Positions 11,601 through 25,265 of a stretch of 64,000 nucleotides of DNA are shown piece after piece. The stretch comes from Utricularia gibba (lineage: Eukaryota > Plantae > Magnoliophyta), in the NCBI GenBank assembly GCA_002189035.1, contig NEEC01000002.1, positions 4,278,001 to 4,342,000 of the forward strand. Direction: 5' to 3'. The notes under the pieces were generated by a model. It saw only the letters and a list, made by a program, of their open reading frames with translations. It was not told the origin of the DNA and made no database searches. The translations under genes were made by a program, and so were the position numbers. Within the stretch, counting starts at the first letter, position 1, and each line of letters begins with the position of its first letter.

Positions 11601-13430
11601 GTCAATCCTTGGCCTTTTTATGCACATGTTAATCTGTTCTGAATCATGCTGATCCAAAATATATATTTCGTTTACTATTGTAGCAGTACCATAATGCACA
11701 CTCCCTCTTTGTATGGAACAACAATTGTTCTTTATATAAAACTCGAAACCAATCTTGTCCAAACAAGAAATAGAGACGATGTTCTTAGACAATGAGGGAA
11801 CACAATAAACAGAATCTAATTCAAGAGATAATCCAGAAGGTAGGGCGATGTGGCAAGTCCCAACTGCCATGGCAGCAACTCGTGCACCATTCCCAACTCT
11901 TAGGTCAACATCGCCTTTCTTCAAGATTCTACTACTCATTAGGTCCTGCATGTTAGTGCAAATGTGAGCACCACAACCAGAATCTAACACCCAAGAACCA
12001 TTCTTGATAGTAGTATTAATCTCAATCATGTGTATACCTAAAGCTGAATTCTCATTCTACTTCTTGCCCTTGATTGACTCTAGATAGGCTTTGCAGTTTC
12101 TCTTCCAATGACCAGATTTCCCACAATGAAAGCATTCACCCTTAGCCGGTTTTTCAATAGGTTTCTTCTTCTTGATCTCACTTTTAGCTTTGAGTTTCTT
12201 GTCTTGACTCTTCTTCTTGGAAACCTTTTTCCTTGAAGAGACAAGCATGACATTCTTATGTTCCTTTGTGATAGTTGTCTCAACAGACTTGAGTAACTGA
12301 ATCAATTCAGGAACAGTTTGATCCATCTTGTTCATCTGATAGTTCATCACAAACTATGAGTAGCTATCAGGTAGTGAGGTAAGGATTAAGTCAATACTCA
12401 AGTCCTTATCCAACACAAAACTAAGAGTGGACAACTTCTCAATGTAACTCAACATCAATGTCGCATGATCAACAGCAGAACTTCCTTCTGCCAAGCGACA
12501 ATTGAACAACAGGTTTGATGTCTTGAACCTTTCAAGTCGTGAGTGCTCACCAAACAGATCATTGAGGTGTGTTATCATCTGTTGGCAAGTCATCGCCTCA
12601 TGCTTTTCGAGATATGCTCCCACTATGTTTTTCGAGATGGCAGCCCCTTACTGACAAAACGAGAAAATCAGATTTTCTTAGTGGGATAGTGTCCCATTTC
12701 ATTCATCTCCACCTTGACTGTAGCCAACAAGTTTTAATGAATGAAACAGGTAGTCATCTCATGCCAATTGTATCTCTCATACAATCACTGCATCATTGAG
12801 TCATCAACTCTTGATGTAAAAACTATTTACCTCAACCTTTCCTCCAATTTTACCAACCTTGGCTTTAGTCAACAAGTTGATAAAATCAGTTAAGCCAACC
12901 CACCGTGAATCTAATTCCATAATTCGAACATGTCATGTGTAGTGGAGAGCTTGACGGTAGTCAACAACTCTATGCACTAAAAATGACTCTCGTTCTCCTT
13001 ATGTTAGTGGAAGGAATAAGCTTAATTATTTAGAAGGGGATTTTTCCATATGCAACTCTTGCATTATGGATATCAATATCGTATCAAATAGGCATCTTGA
13101 CAACCCTTGCCCTTTCGTTCATAACGCATCATATCCCTGGATTTTCACACATAAAGCTCGAAAATCCTAATTGACCCTAGATGTCTTGGTCACAAATAAA
13201 TTATCAAACATCATATGCATCGATAATTCACCAATGTGATCAACATGATCAAAATTCGTGCAAAGGCTATCATGCCCCACGACTACACACATATAAAGCA
13301 TCATCATGCTGTGCATATACACGTAAGATATGATTCTCGAAAGCATCAATCATGAATCAAATTTCGTGCATCCTAAGGCAGCAAAACAATCCAAAATAAT
13401 CAGATTTATGGAAAATAATTAAGGTTTGTT
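8634..13430 (-). mobile_element. Ty1/Copia LTR retrotransposon (Angela-like), truncated and internally deleted
   Basis: 8634 to ~9375 matches part of the solo LTR at 27326-28775. gag-PR-IN-RT order on the minus strand. No 5' LTR or PBS recognised; right boundary approximate. Confidence 0.88.
9376..12623 (-). pseudogene. Copia gag-pol polyprotein, broken by stops and frameshifts
   Basis: Zinc knuckle CFHCGKSGHWKRNC, protease WVLDSGCGAH, GAG-pre-integrase LWHCRLGH, integrase [19 protein letters not shown] and YVDD. Confidence 0.93.
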
Positions 13431-13533
13431 TAATGATGAGGATTCTAAAGTAGAACACTCTACAATGGAGCAGCTGCTCTAAATCTTAAGAAATTGGCTT
13501 TACGCTTATTCTCATTTTTTATTTCATAAGATT

Positions 13534-13660
13534 TCTTCATCATCATGTTGTGAAAGGAATTCGAATACTTATACATTCAGCGAAGAAGAATAAATTAACT
13601 CCTAAACGTGTAGAAAACTTGGCTGCTGTTTATTCAAACCTTCGATTACCTTCTAGAAAA
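13534..13660 (+). pseudogene. hAT transposase C-terminal dimerisation-domain fragment
   Basis: Across a frameshift it reads SSSCCERNSNTY...KNKLTPKRVENLAAVYSNLRL, like the hAT SSSCCERNWS..KRN..AEDLV.VHSNLRL motif. Confidence 0.65.
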
Positions 13661-14290
13661 TATAGGATTTTTTGTCAATGAAATTTAAGAATATTTAATT
13701 GATATTGAGTTGATTCAAATGATTAAACTTTTTTAGATTATGGTGAATTTTAAAATTCAATTATGAAAAATAATAATGATGTGAAGGAATAGCAAAAATA
13801 AGAGTATTGAAAGAAATTGAAAAAGAAATGACAGATCACCTGATAGATGATTATTGATAAATAGTGATCTATTTATACATATTTTGAAAATATATTTTTA
13901 AATTCACGTATTAAATTCTTTAACTTCTTTTGTAATCATCTATAACTTAATAGTAATTTTATTAATAGGTTCGCTTCTTAATTTCGAATCACCCCAATAA
14001 CGAACGAACGAACGTACATGCATGCGTATGTATTTACTAGGGGGCCAAACTGCTGCACCGGAAAACCTTCTGACGAGATACGGGAAAAGAGAAGACATTA
14101 GATTCCACTGACAGTCGTGATGGCTGCTTTTCTTTGGATGGTTGGTTACTGGAGAGAGAAACCGCAAGTTCCATTTCGAAAGGCCGACAACAAATCACGT
14201 TATCCTCCTAAGCGGGCATCGGCAGTATGAATCAATCAGCCTGCCTGCGTGGTTGAGGGACAAAAGGAGTTGCGTTTGCAGGGCCAGGGC

Positions 14291-17200
14291 CTAGCTTGCA
14301 GTAGCTTTTCGATTCATCAGATCATGGTAGTACAGCAACACACACATTGGTTGGCCAACGATACAGAAGGAGCACCAGAACATCATGTTCCCCACCTGGA
14401 AAAACAGTGACATGTCATCATGCCTTTCACACGCCTTATTAGGAGGAGGAAAAATGCCCAAGTTGCATCCCGAGCTTCAAAAACTCCCTTAGTAGCCCAA
14501 ACCCATAAAGAAATAAAACTAGTAGCTACTGAAACAGGAAAAAAAGGTGTGGATGGAAATGATTCTAGACAAAGAGGAATCACCAACCATTGAGCTCTGG
14601 AACTTGGTCTGCAAGTACTTGGTCACAATAACTAAAGGGACCTGCAGGAGGGAAAAAAACGGAAAAGAAAATTCGTGAACATGTTTTTGAAAGCCTCTGA
14701 TAATGCACGAGGCCAGTTTATTTGATGGCGCATGATATTGAAAGGCAATACCTGAAACATAATACCAATAAATGCCCAAAACTTGAATATGTGGCAGGGT
14801 ACACCGACACATATCTATGGAAAAAATCATGGAAATGATACGAAGATTCAGTAGGACCGACGTTGCATCAAGAGAAGGTAAGGCTGTACCTCATGGAAAA
14901 CAGCAGATATGATGAAAGCAATTATAACAGCAATGATCTGAAACAGACACTATGAGATTTCGAAAACCATAAATGAAAGTACAGGTAAATGTTAATAAAG
15001 TATTATCCATGCTACATTCAAGTTCTTAATTCAAGATGCCCAATTATTTGGGCATCTTGCTGCAACTGGTTAAATCTTCCAGTTTTGGCAGATTATGTAA
15101 TGGTGTCATAACAGTAGGGTTATGGCGAAAACATACCTTAGGGATGCCATTACGCAAACATGGAAAGTATATGTGCCGAACCATCCATTTATGTACAGGC
15201 TGAAAGAATAAAATGTTAAGAGGATAATACACCAATAAAGCTATTGAAGCAGGTAAAAGAAGTTTGTAAGAGAAGAAGAAATGAAATGAAAATTGTCTAT
15301 TTCCCTGCAAGTTAGACACAAGTATTTTGGCACAGACATTCATTCAGTCATTGAATATGCGCTCATTACCCAAGCAACTATCAACAAAAATGCTAAAGGA
15401 ATACGGGTACCCCTTGCTCTTTTACACAAAAGGTGTTCATACAGATGCACATATACGTACGGAAAAAGGGAGCGAGGATACTCACTACATTCCACATCCT
15501 CCAATACTGAGAGAGCAGCGATAGATTTCCAATCAACAGACATGTGTAGAGAGAAAGTTGAGAAGCCATGAAATAAATAAAAAAAAAAAGGTTTAGGAAG
15601 TAACACTGTAACCTAAAACATTATACCTCTTCAACTGTCCTGGCATTCCACCAATCTTTGTAGAATTCACGATCACCAAATCTTACAAGTTCTGCAATTA
15701 TGTTTAGCCTATATTGCAACAATGCATGAATTAATCACAGATCCCTTAGCATGAATGATTACTTAAATGAAAGGTGAGCATACCAAAGATGGAAAAAACA
15801 ATAAAACATGCAGAGCCAGACATAGAGATTCGGAATAGAGAGTTTCAGGACCCTCTCAATGGCATATAGAAGATCTCCCTTTAGTGGGTGTTGAGAATTT
15901 CGCACAATAGGATTTATATACTGCACGAAAATAATAAAAAGGCTCAAGTTCATGTAATGAAAGCCAACAGGAATTAGGAAGGAAATAACCTGTTCTATGA
16001 TAAACCCCATTAACCCTGTAAAAATAATGAGCTTAATCATTTGGCGTGCCACCCAACCCTTCCTGATGCATGGTGTGCGAGGATAATTTGGCTAGAGAAG
16101 ACAAATGATTATCAGATCAAGTTAAAAAACTTTCTTTTCGCCTCCACAAATCACCAACCCTAGCCATAAGTATAACACCTATACCTGATAGCACAGCGTA
16201 GGTGCGACCATGAAGTAGACCATACTCCTAAAGCTAACATCATATGAATAGTTCATGTTCCAGTACCTAGAGAGTTCTTCCTTCTGGAAAAAAAAGGAGC
16301 ATATTGAAAATGTGACCACGATTTATTTATCAGCAAGATAACACAATCATAGTTGATTATGAATACAAGTAATGAACTATTCAAAAAATTATCCATGTCT
16401 CTGATCTATTACAGCTACCATCCTGAGCAGGTACATCTTCTCAAAATTGAATCTAGAATGATAGCAGTGGTTATTACCTTCTCATGTGACTTTTCGAGGA
16501 TCCTCAAATCATAATTTGTATGGGCATAAGATACCAATTTCAACCACCAAATGGAAGCACAAAGCATTAAGGTAACACCTGATAAGACAGCTGAATCGCA
16601 CCTGCTCATTTAGATCAAGCGAATCTTTTCATTTTCACAGCTAAGTAAATAGTATGCAGAACTAAAATTCAATAAAGGTATAACAGACGCAGATGTGGTG
16701 GTACAAATTTCGTATATATTCTCCTTGTTTGAAAACAAAATCCAAAACTGAATATAAGAGTGCTCATAGATTAAAGAAGAAGATTTCAGAAAAAGAAAAC
16801 GAAAAAAAATGCAGTAATAGCTTAGACAGCAATTAAATTGCGACTTCAAGGCCTACCAAAGAATGATGATTATCGGGTATAGTATCCCTGTTGTTGTAAT
16901 CATAATGTGAAGAAGGACCGCACCCTGGTCAACATAAAATGGCATTCAAAGTATATACACGGAAGAAATTGAATAGTACTACACCATCTGTCACATATCA
17001 TATTTAAATCATAAAGGAATCAGATAGTGGTAAACGCTCTCCTGATATTTCCTACCGCTAAAAGGCTTTCAATTAAACAACATTGTATTTATGATATTCA
17101 ACTATTAAATCACTAATTTACATATGAATGAACAGAGAGCCAATATTTTGTCTAATGCATGCAAGCTAAAGACAAGCATTAGCGAATTCTCACCCATTCA

Positions 17201-18176
17201 GGAATCCAATTTTTCTGAACCACCTTCTCGACAAGAAATGCAGCCAAAGGAAAAATTGGGAGACTTATACTGCAATGGATAACCCGAAAGACTTCAGCGC
17301 CCAGTTCAGTTAAAAGGCGAACAAAAGAACTTTTACAATATATTTACCAACACATAAAAAGAGGCCAATCCCTCAGTGATTTTGAGCTAAACCAAAACCC
17401 TGATCTGATCAACCAGCCATACTGCATGCCAGAGACAGGAGATAAAAGTTTACTAAAAAAAGGCAATCATATGTAGTCATGAATTTGAACCAAAAACACC
17501 GTGTCGAACACAGCATGGTATTATTTGAATAAGAGTCACCTTCATCAAATTCTCAATTATAAGTCTGCTGTTTACTGCCACAAGCACAACAATACAGAGA
17601 TTGAAGAGGCCAGCATGACTCTGCGATAGGAAAAAGAGTATTTATGAACTCCAAATTCCGACCACAATCATTCAGCAACGGTTGATTTGTATAATATGGC
17701 ATAAGATACCCGACTCTGAGTACCCGTCTCTTAACAAACAAAATGAACGGCAAGGAGAACTTCGGATACACCTAAAGAATTGCATGGAAGGCAATAACGA
17801 CCTGTTTGAATATAGCGTCTGAGCTAAGGCAGCTCTCCTTATTCCTACGATGGGCAGGCGCCGAGGGTCTGTACGCGATAGCGACAGAGGATGCATCCAG
17901 TCTTGTATCCTCCGGTGTTTTCCTATTCTCTTTGATTGTCGCGTTATCTCGACAATCCACTCCAGTAGTCGCCGAGGGAGCATCAATTTTGCTTCGATCC
18001 TCTCTAGTCAAATCAGCTTCTCTGTGATTACACCCGAATTCATTGCCGGCGCTGTCACTGGAATCAGAGTCAAACTGAGTGTCAACGGCGAGCGGACTAC
18101 GCCTCCTACGAAGCGTCTTGTGAGTTTCCGCGGCGGTGGAGGAGGAGGAGGTGTCAAGCGTGAACGATGTGTCCAT
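14291..18176 (-). CDS. DGAT1: Diacylglycerol O-acyltransferase 1 (MBOAT family), 16 exons
   Basis: Spliced translation through GT-AG introns gives [62 protein letters not shown] and [15 protein letters not shown], ending in TAG at 14291-14293. No stop or frameshift seen. Confidence 0.97.
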
Positions 18177-19281
18177 AATCGCAAGGTAGAGAGGTTAGAG
18201 GATGAAAAGACGAGGAGCTAACATTCAGGCGGTAAACAGAGAATCGATTCAGATGGCTGCCTAAATGGGAAGAAAAGATTCGGTAGCATCGAATGACAGA
18301 GAGCCGGACGGAGACGTGAATGCGTACGTGTAGCCCGGCCATTTTATAAACAAAGCTGCTGCATTGCCTTCTCAATAAAAGGTCACTGTTTATCAGCAAT
18401 CCAAAAATATTATCCCAACAGGTAACAACCCATTCATCTAAATTTTGAATAAAAGCATCCACTATTTATTCTTTTAGCTTCAAGCGATGTTATATTATTG
18501 GTGTCGTTGTTTACAATATACAAGACTAATAATTATGTTTCCCGTTGTACTTATGTTGGTCTAAGCACAGGACCGATCTTGCCTTTTAAGGGAAAATTGA
18601 CAATATAAAACTATTTCATTGGTAAATACTTGAGTTTGTAAATATATTTGTGATATACTTTAACTCATATATACATATTGTTAAAAATTAATTAATTTAA
18701 TTTATAATGTATATCACTTCTCATTTTAAAAATTATTAAAAATATGTAGATTATGAAAAAATAAAAAATAAGCATACCATTTTATTTTTATTTAAACACA
18801 ATAATAGTATTATTAGAATTTGAAATATTACTAATTTTGTTATAAATATTTGATCTAATAATTTAAAAATACATATCATTTCAAAATACTGTTAATTTAT
18901 ATTATAAATATTTGAAAATTCTATTTTTAAAAAAATATATATTGTATTCAAACATATGTAACTTCATTGTAATAGTTGAAAATAAACTCTAATGAAAATT
19001 TTAAGTTCATAGCATATAATATTATTTAAAATTAAAAAAACTTATATCTAAAAATATTAAATGAAATTTAAATTTATTTTATTTTTGAATTTAGGTATTT
19101 TCAAAAGTTATAAATATAAGCATAGGTAAATCTTAATCATGATACTATACTCATGCATTTTGCTAATGAAATAGGTTTAACATAGGTACATTGCCAATTT
19201 ATCCTACACTTTAATCTAGGGGAATAAAAATTAAAATTATATATTATAAAATATAAAGAATAAATTTAAAATACTTATATT

Positions 19282-20330
19282 TTATAAATTCATTTTTAAT
19301 TTCTTTATAATCTTGAAGCCTTCAACAATATCATCATAATTATATTTCTCTATAGTTTCAATTTCAAAATAAATCAATAAATTATCTATTGTAAAACTAT
19401 CTCTCTTTTTACTATATAATTTTATCTTTATAATCTTCAAATATGAAAATGCATGTTTAGCACTAGGATTAGAATTTTGAAGAATTATAAGAAGTATAGA
19501 AGTCTATCAATAATAGTAAATCATATTTTTATCACTTTCTATTATGTGTTGACTTAATTTAGTTAATGTACCTATCTTACTCATTTCTGAATCATGAGAA
19601 ATGTCTACAATAAAATATCTTAACTAATCTTCCAATGCAAAAATCTGTTGACTAGTGAAATATTATGGATAACATTTTATATCACTCGATATATTTCAAT
19701 TGGATGAAATGATTTGAAACAATTCAATTAATTTAGTTATAAAGACTAATAGATTCATAACTTTTTCATTAAATCTGAAATTCAATTCATGCAGCTGTAT
19801 AGCAATTGTAACTATAAATGTATCAACTTGATAATAACTTTCATTTATTAAATAATAGTGTTGGTAGCATGCATGCCCTTACATAAAATATAGATGTCAT
19901 CCATTTTTAGAAAAAGAAAATCATAGTTCTCACAAAATACTAAAACCTTATTACAAAATCATTCCAACCATCTTCTCTCATTTTCTGAAAAATATGTTTT
20001 GTAAATCCCATCAAATATCTTCTGGACAAGAGAAGAGCAATGATCATCACCCTCTATTTCCCTGATGAAAAATGAGCATGTGGCATCTACTAGGAGAATG
20101 CCTTATGTAATTAATTTAGCCACATCACTAGTCGGTTCCTAGATAACTTGTAAGTGAAAAATTTAATTTCCTTGGTAGTATTGAGTAAGAGTCGTTAAAG
20201 CCTAGCAAATACTGATCTTTGTTGCTTTTGAGGGCCTTTGCAATGTAGTCCTCAACAATATGCACCATAGGAGGCTCATCATGAGTCAAATTTAATGTTT
20301 AATTATCCTATATCAGCATTTATCAAGAAC
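19282..20330 (-). pseudogene. hAT (ZMYM1-like) transposase C-terminal remnant, heavily decayed
   Basis: QKMREDGWNDF, YYQVDTFIVTIAIQLHELNFRFNEK, KHAFSYLKIIKIKL..LLIYFE. It probably continues beyond the solo LTR (21577 to ~21850). Confidence 0.75.
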
Positions 20331-20338
20331 AAATCCCT

Positions 20339-21571
20339 TGTTACGTGTCGTTACCTCAACAAATTTTCATTTTGAAAACGAAAAATACAAATGTACATAG
20401 AGTGTCGATCTGAAGGCATTGAGTTTTGTGAAAAGTGTCTTATACTAAACTTTACAAATTGTCACGGGTTTAGTTTGTAAAAAGGGGGTTTGAAATACAG
20501 AAACAAAAAATACAATGCAAATAATGAACCTTGACTAAGGAAAGCAGTTTGTTGAAAAGAAAATCCATTTCTTCATTTTGTCTATCCTCACCTCAACTTT
20601 CACTAATTCCTTTTGAATAACTAGTTATAGGAGACATATGAATAGCCTCATGTAATTCCCCTTTGGACGATTGAGAAGATAAGAGGATTACCGTCGATTG
20701 CTCTCAAAACTGAATTCTACATATGTGCCTAGCTATTGCCAATGATCAATGACGGGTACGAGGTCACTATTGGTCCACTATTGCGGTATCCGAGTCACAA
20801 ATAATTTTTTATCTCCCTCAAACTAATAGGGTTGGAGATAGTGTTCTTCATCTTGTTCTTCATCAAAATCCACAAGAAGTGATCTCTTACTAATAGATCT
20901 TGAGTAGGTGATGTTACAAAAAAACTGTAACATGACATGTGGAGATATGCAAAATTCGGAAGAAATTAAGTAAAGAATCGAGATTTATGCTTAAGATGTG
21001 GAATGAAACTTTATCTATTCCTACAAACTGAATAGGTTTAGCTAGGAATAATCATGAAAAACAAAAAACCAAAGTGTTCTTCCTCCCTTTGGTGGAGAGG
21101 AAAGAACAAGTTCAAGTGCCAAAAGTAAAGTGTGAGAAAAGTTCAATCCAAATTATTTCAAATTTCAATTAATTCACTCTCATATACATTAACTTCCTCA
21201 ACTCTCTTTCCATCATTCTTTCTGTCTTGTGTGTGCAACCAACTTTCCCATGCACCCAAGTAAGCACTCAATCATTCTTGCAGACTTTGACATGTCGTAA
21301 GTCAGTCTTCCACCCAATTGCTCCAAGTCATATGCAAGTCACAAAATGTCAGTATCTAATCTCCTGCAAGTCTCTTGCAACATTTCAAGCCTGCCTTTTG
21401 GTACTTTGGGTGAAAGTATATGAAAAAGACAACAAAAATATATACAAATAACAAAATAGAATTTTTGTAATAAAATAAAATACTTATAAATGTAACTCCT
21501 AATTTGAGTGATTTAATACCTAATTAACATGTAATAATATATAATAAATAAGTAGAAAATGATATTTAACA
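20339..21571 (-). mobile_element. Solo LTR, Athila-like family A
   Basis: TG...CA ends; TSD TCCCT (20334-20338, 21572-21576). Confidence 0.9.
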
Positions 21572-21894
21572 TCCCTCATATATTTCCAACCCTAAATAGA
21601 GAAAATAAGCAATCATGCAATCAAATAGTATTCATCTTGGAGATGTATATATGTTGGGACAACTAAAACCATTGTCCTTATAATGAATTTCCTAAAATTT
21701 GGACTTTTCCTATTCCATGATTGAGTAATATCATCCCATATGATCGAAATGGATATTTCATATATGTTCTCTCACTTAAGACATTGCATTGCAATAGTAA
21801 AATGATGAAGCTCCCAAAATTGGTTTAATTAACTAGCGACATCCAACAAAAGGAAGATGGCAATTATTCCAAATGCGTAATTGTTCATTGAGTT

Positions 21895-22468
21895 TAGCCA
21901 CAAAGGGCCATGAAAACAAAAAAAAAAAAAAACAAAATGGAAAGCTAAGGTGTTCTTCCTATCTTAGAGAAGAGGAAGAACCCAAAAGTTATAAGTGTCA
22001 AAAGAAAATGTCAAAAGTTCAAAAGAGAGTGTTCCAAGTTGATTTTATTTCACTCCCTACGTACATTAACTCCTTTTGGTTTTCTTCCCATCATACCTTC
22101 TATCTTGTGTGCACCACCAGCTTTCTTTTGCGTGCAAGTTAACGTTCAATCATTGCTGTAGACTCTTACATGCCGTAAGTCAGGGGCCTTGACTAGTATC
22201 AGTCTTTCGCCCACAATTGTTCCAAGTCGCGTGCAAGGCATGAAAAGTCAGTGTCTGACCTCCTGCAATACTTCTGCACACTCCACGACTTCCTCCTGAC
22301 ATATTTCGGTCAAAGTGTACGAAAAAAATAAAGAAAATATATACAAAATAAAAAATAAAATTTTTCTAAGGAAATAGAATATTTATCAATATAAATCCTA
22401 AATTGGACAACTTAATAGTAGATTAACACAAAATAATATCTAATAAACAACTAGAAAATGTCACTTAA
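21895..22468 (-). mobile_element. Truncated LTR, family A
   Basis: Aligns by eye with ~26310-26865 and ~21050-21571; boundaries approximate. Confidence 0.75.
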
Positions 22469-22910
22469 TGGACCCTTTTTGTTTTTTAACAAAAGCATGT
22501 AGCATATAAACTAGAGTTCGGCTAAAGACATCCAAAATTGAGGATCGAAATGTGATAAAAAGTGAGTTGATCCTCAAGAGTCAATCTAGGTGCCCATCTT
22601 TTTAGTTAAAGAATAAACCAAAACCTATGTATATATGACTTGGGTCCTTAGATTTCAGTGATGTGATTGATGATTTGGGTATGTGGCTTGTATCTTGTGA
22701 CTTTAATTTCTTAAATCACTTCATTTTTTAGTGTTGTTTCAACCGTGTTTTTTTCCCTTCAAGGTTTTCATGTAAATTCTTGATGTTTATTTTCCATCAG
22801 AATCACAAAAATATAGAAATCAATTTTGAATCAAACACAAATGTTCACAATTTATGTTAAGCTACTTCATAACATTCTCTTGAGCTTTTTAGCTAGATAC
22901 TTACTACTGC

Positions 22911-24700
22911 TGATGAGAAAAATTATGGAGGTGAACCTGCATCATTCATAATGTTAGTTTTTTATTTTATAGTTTTAATTATTTTTATGTAATTTAGTGA
23001 ATATATGAATTTTGTATACAAATGGGCTAAATCCTTTGATTCAACCCATTCTATATCACTAACGCATTTTGAGTCTAGCAACAACTCCCAAAAATCAGGA
23101 GACACAATATGGATTTTGTGAAAGTATCAGGTTGTAGAAGAAAAGCAGCATGAAAGAAGGAGCAATGAGTGCATTGTCACACCAGCAAACTACAAGACAC
23201 GGGCAGGAGCAGTAGAGCTGTCAGAGATTGTACTTGCCTTGGGAAATGAGAGAGGAGAAGACAATTTGGAGCAGAGAGAATCACAAAAGGAGAGCTTCGG
23301 GAGCTTCAGTAGCAGCAACACACAGGGTGCTCCTCCAACACTATGAACACATATCAAAAGAGGAGGAGAAGGAGATTCTCACGAAGAAGACTCTTCATCC
23401 TCAAGAACACTACCAAGATCTAGTTCTACACTACTGTTCCATGTTGTGATTAGTAGCAGATGGAAACAAAACATTTTATCTACTTAGTTTTTAAAACATT
23501 TACTTTCGTTAGTTGTTTGTTTGACAATATTGGAGATATTCTCTTTGATTTATGACTATGAAACCTTGCTTTATTTTCTATACATGAGTAGCTAAACCTT
23601 AGGGATGCCTTAAGGTATAGAATGGTTATGTAGGGCTAGGGTTTGTACTATAATTGGTCATTGTTTCTTAACATTTGTTTCTATCAATTCTCAAGTAGAT
23701 CTAAGGGGGGAACAAGTAGCTTCGCAATTCAAATGCTTGATTTAGAGGTAGACCAATAAATTAAGACGAGAGTGATAAGTATTAGTCCAGGTTAGACTTA
23801 GTGCTATATACTTTGCATGTAGGTAAACCTATTTGAATAGTTGACAATGATATTGATGACTATCTTAGCCAAAAACATGATTAATGACTTGGGTAGACTT
23901 AAGTTGTTTGGAGTTGTGAATATAGGAACATGGTAAATTAAATTACATATCTTAGCACCACATCACCTGAATACCCTTGAGGCTTCTAAGTATTATCTCA
24001 TACTTGTTATTTTTTGCTCTGCAACTTGACCTTACTTAAAGAGTTTGTATGTTATTATTAGTTTGACCTTAGACTAAAACTGAAATTATTATGTGATCTT
24101 GCATAGACTAGAACACATAGCAAGCATTCATTTCTTGTTATCGACCCTGAAAACCACTATGCATGTTTTCTGAACTTGTCTTTTGTGAATAGTAGGGTTT
24201 ATAAATTTATTTGATATGGAGTTTGATTTTATTGCAATAATATTCAAATTTTCTATTTATCACTCCGATGATGCTATCAAAGTACATTCATTTCAATTTT
24301 CATTATGGGGATTGGTTAGGAGATGGTTAGACTCTCGACCACCCAAATCTACTTTCACTTTAAAAAAATTGAAAGATGCATATTTGGATAAATATTTTGA
24401 GTCAATAAAGTATTCTAACACCTAGTTTGACATCACCAATTTTTCACAAGATGAGAGATAACATATAGCATCTGCTTGGGAGAAATTCAAGGAAATTACA
24501 TGATTCACGCACAAGCATGATCATAGCCTCACAGCCATAATCATGTGCTTTCATGATGGGTTGATTGTGCAAACAAAGGGATTGCTCAACATGGGTGTTA
24601 GACCCCTAGACCAGGTAAGTCCTAGAAAAGTGTGGGAACTAATGATGAATTTGCAAAATGACAAGCATGATGGACTCAACCAACAAGGAATCTAAAGACT
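22911..24700 (+). mobile_element. Athila-like remnant: family B LTR (~22911-24215) followed by a gag fragment
   Basis: The LTR is the reverse complement of the 47139-48554 type. Downstream DDAIKVHSFQFSLWGLVRRWLDS..TNFSQ resembles retrotransposon gag. Boundaries approximate. Confidence 0.7.
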
Positions 24701-25265
24701 GGAGTTCGGGATGATGCATGATGAACGTTAGAACTTATTGCTAAATGTCGCTGTCTGACATGTTCAATGCATCAAAAGAAATCCATTAGTGTGGCAAGCA
24801 TAGGTTGAATCCACAAAAAATGGTTGCAATTTCCCGAAGTCCTTTACATTTACTGAAAATAGGGAGGTTTTCTAGGGGTTTAGATCTCACGTGCGTAAGA
24901 CATAAAATAACACTAGTTGAATAGGACAAGTTACATGGGTGAAAAAGCATAGAAACTAAAAAGGATGTGTATAAAATATAAAGAGAACCATAGAAGTGGA
25001 ACTATTCGCTTGGTTTTACACCAAGGTTTGATTCTGGAGTCATTCAAGTGAGCTCATAGACTTAAACCTAGTTTAAACACGTCCAAAAATAGAGCAAAGG
25101 GACCGTAGGAATAGTAAATATGTTAAAGTCAAGAACTAAAGACTGAAGAACCTAAACATAAACAAGTTCATAAGTTGAAATAAAGTCTATAGAAGATTTC
25201 TTTTTCACAACAAAACATCAGAAATGTAAAAGAAAGCATGAAAACGCAAATTGTAATAGTAGCAA

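Noticed and set aside
18570-18600. CAGGACCGATC as the TIR of the ZMYM1-like hAT
   Set aside because: No partner TIR or TSD found.
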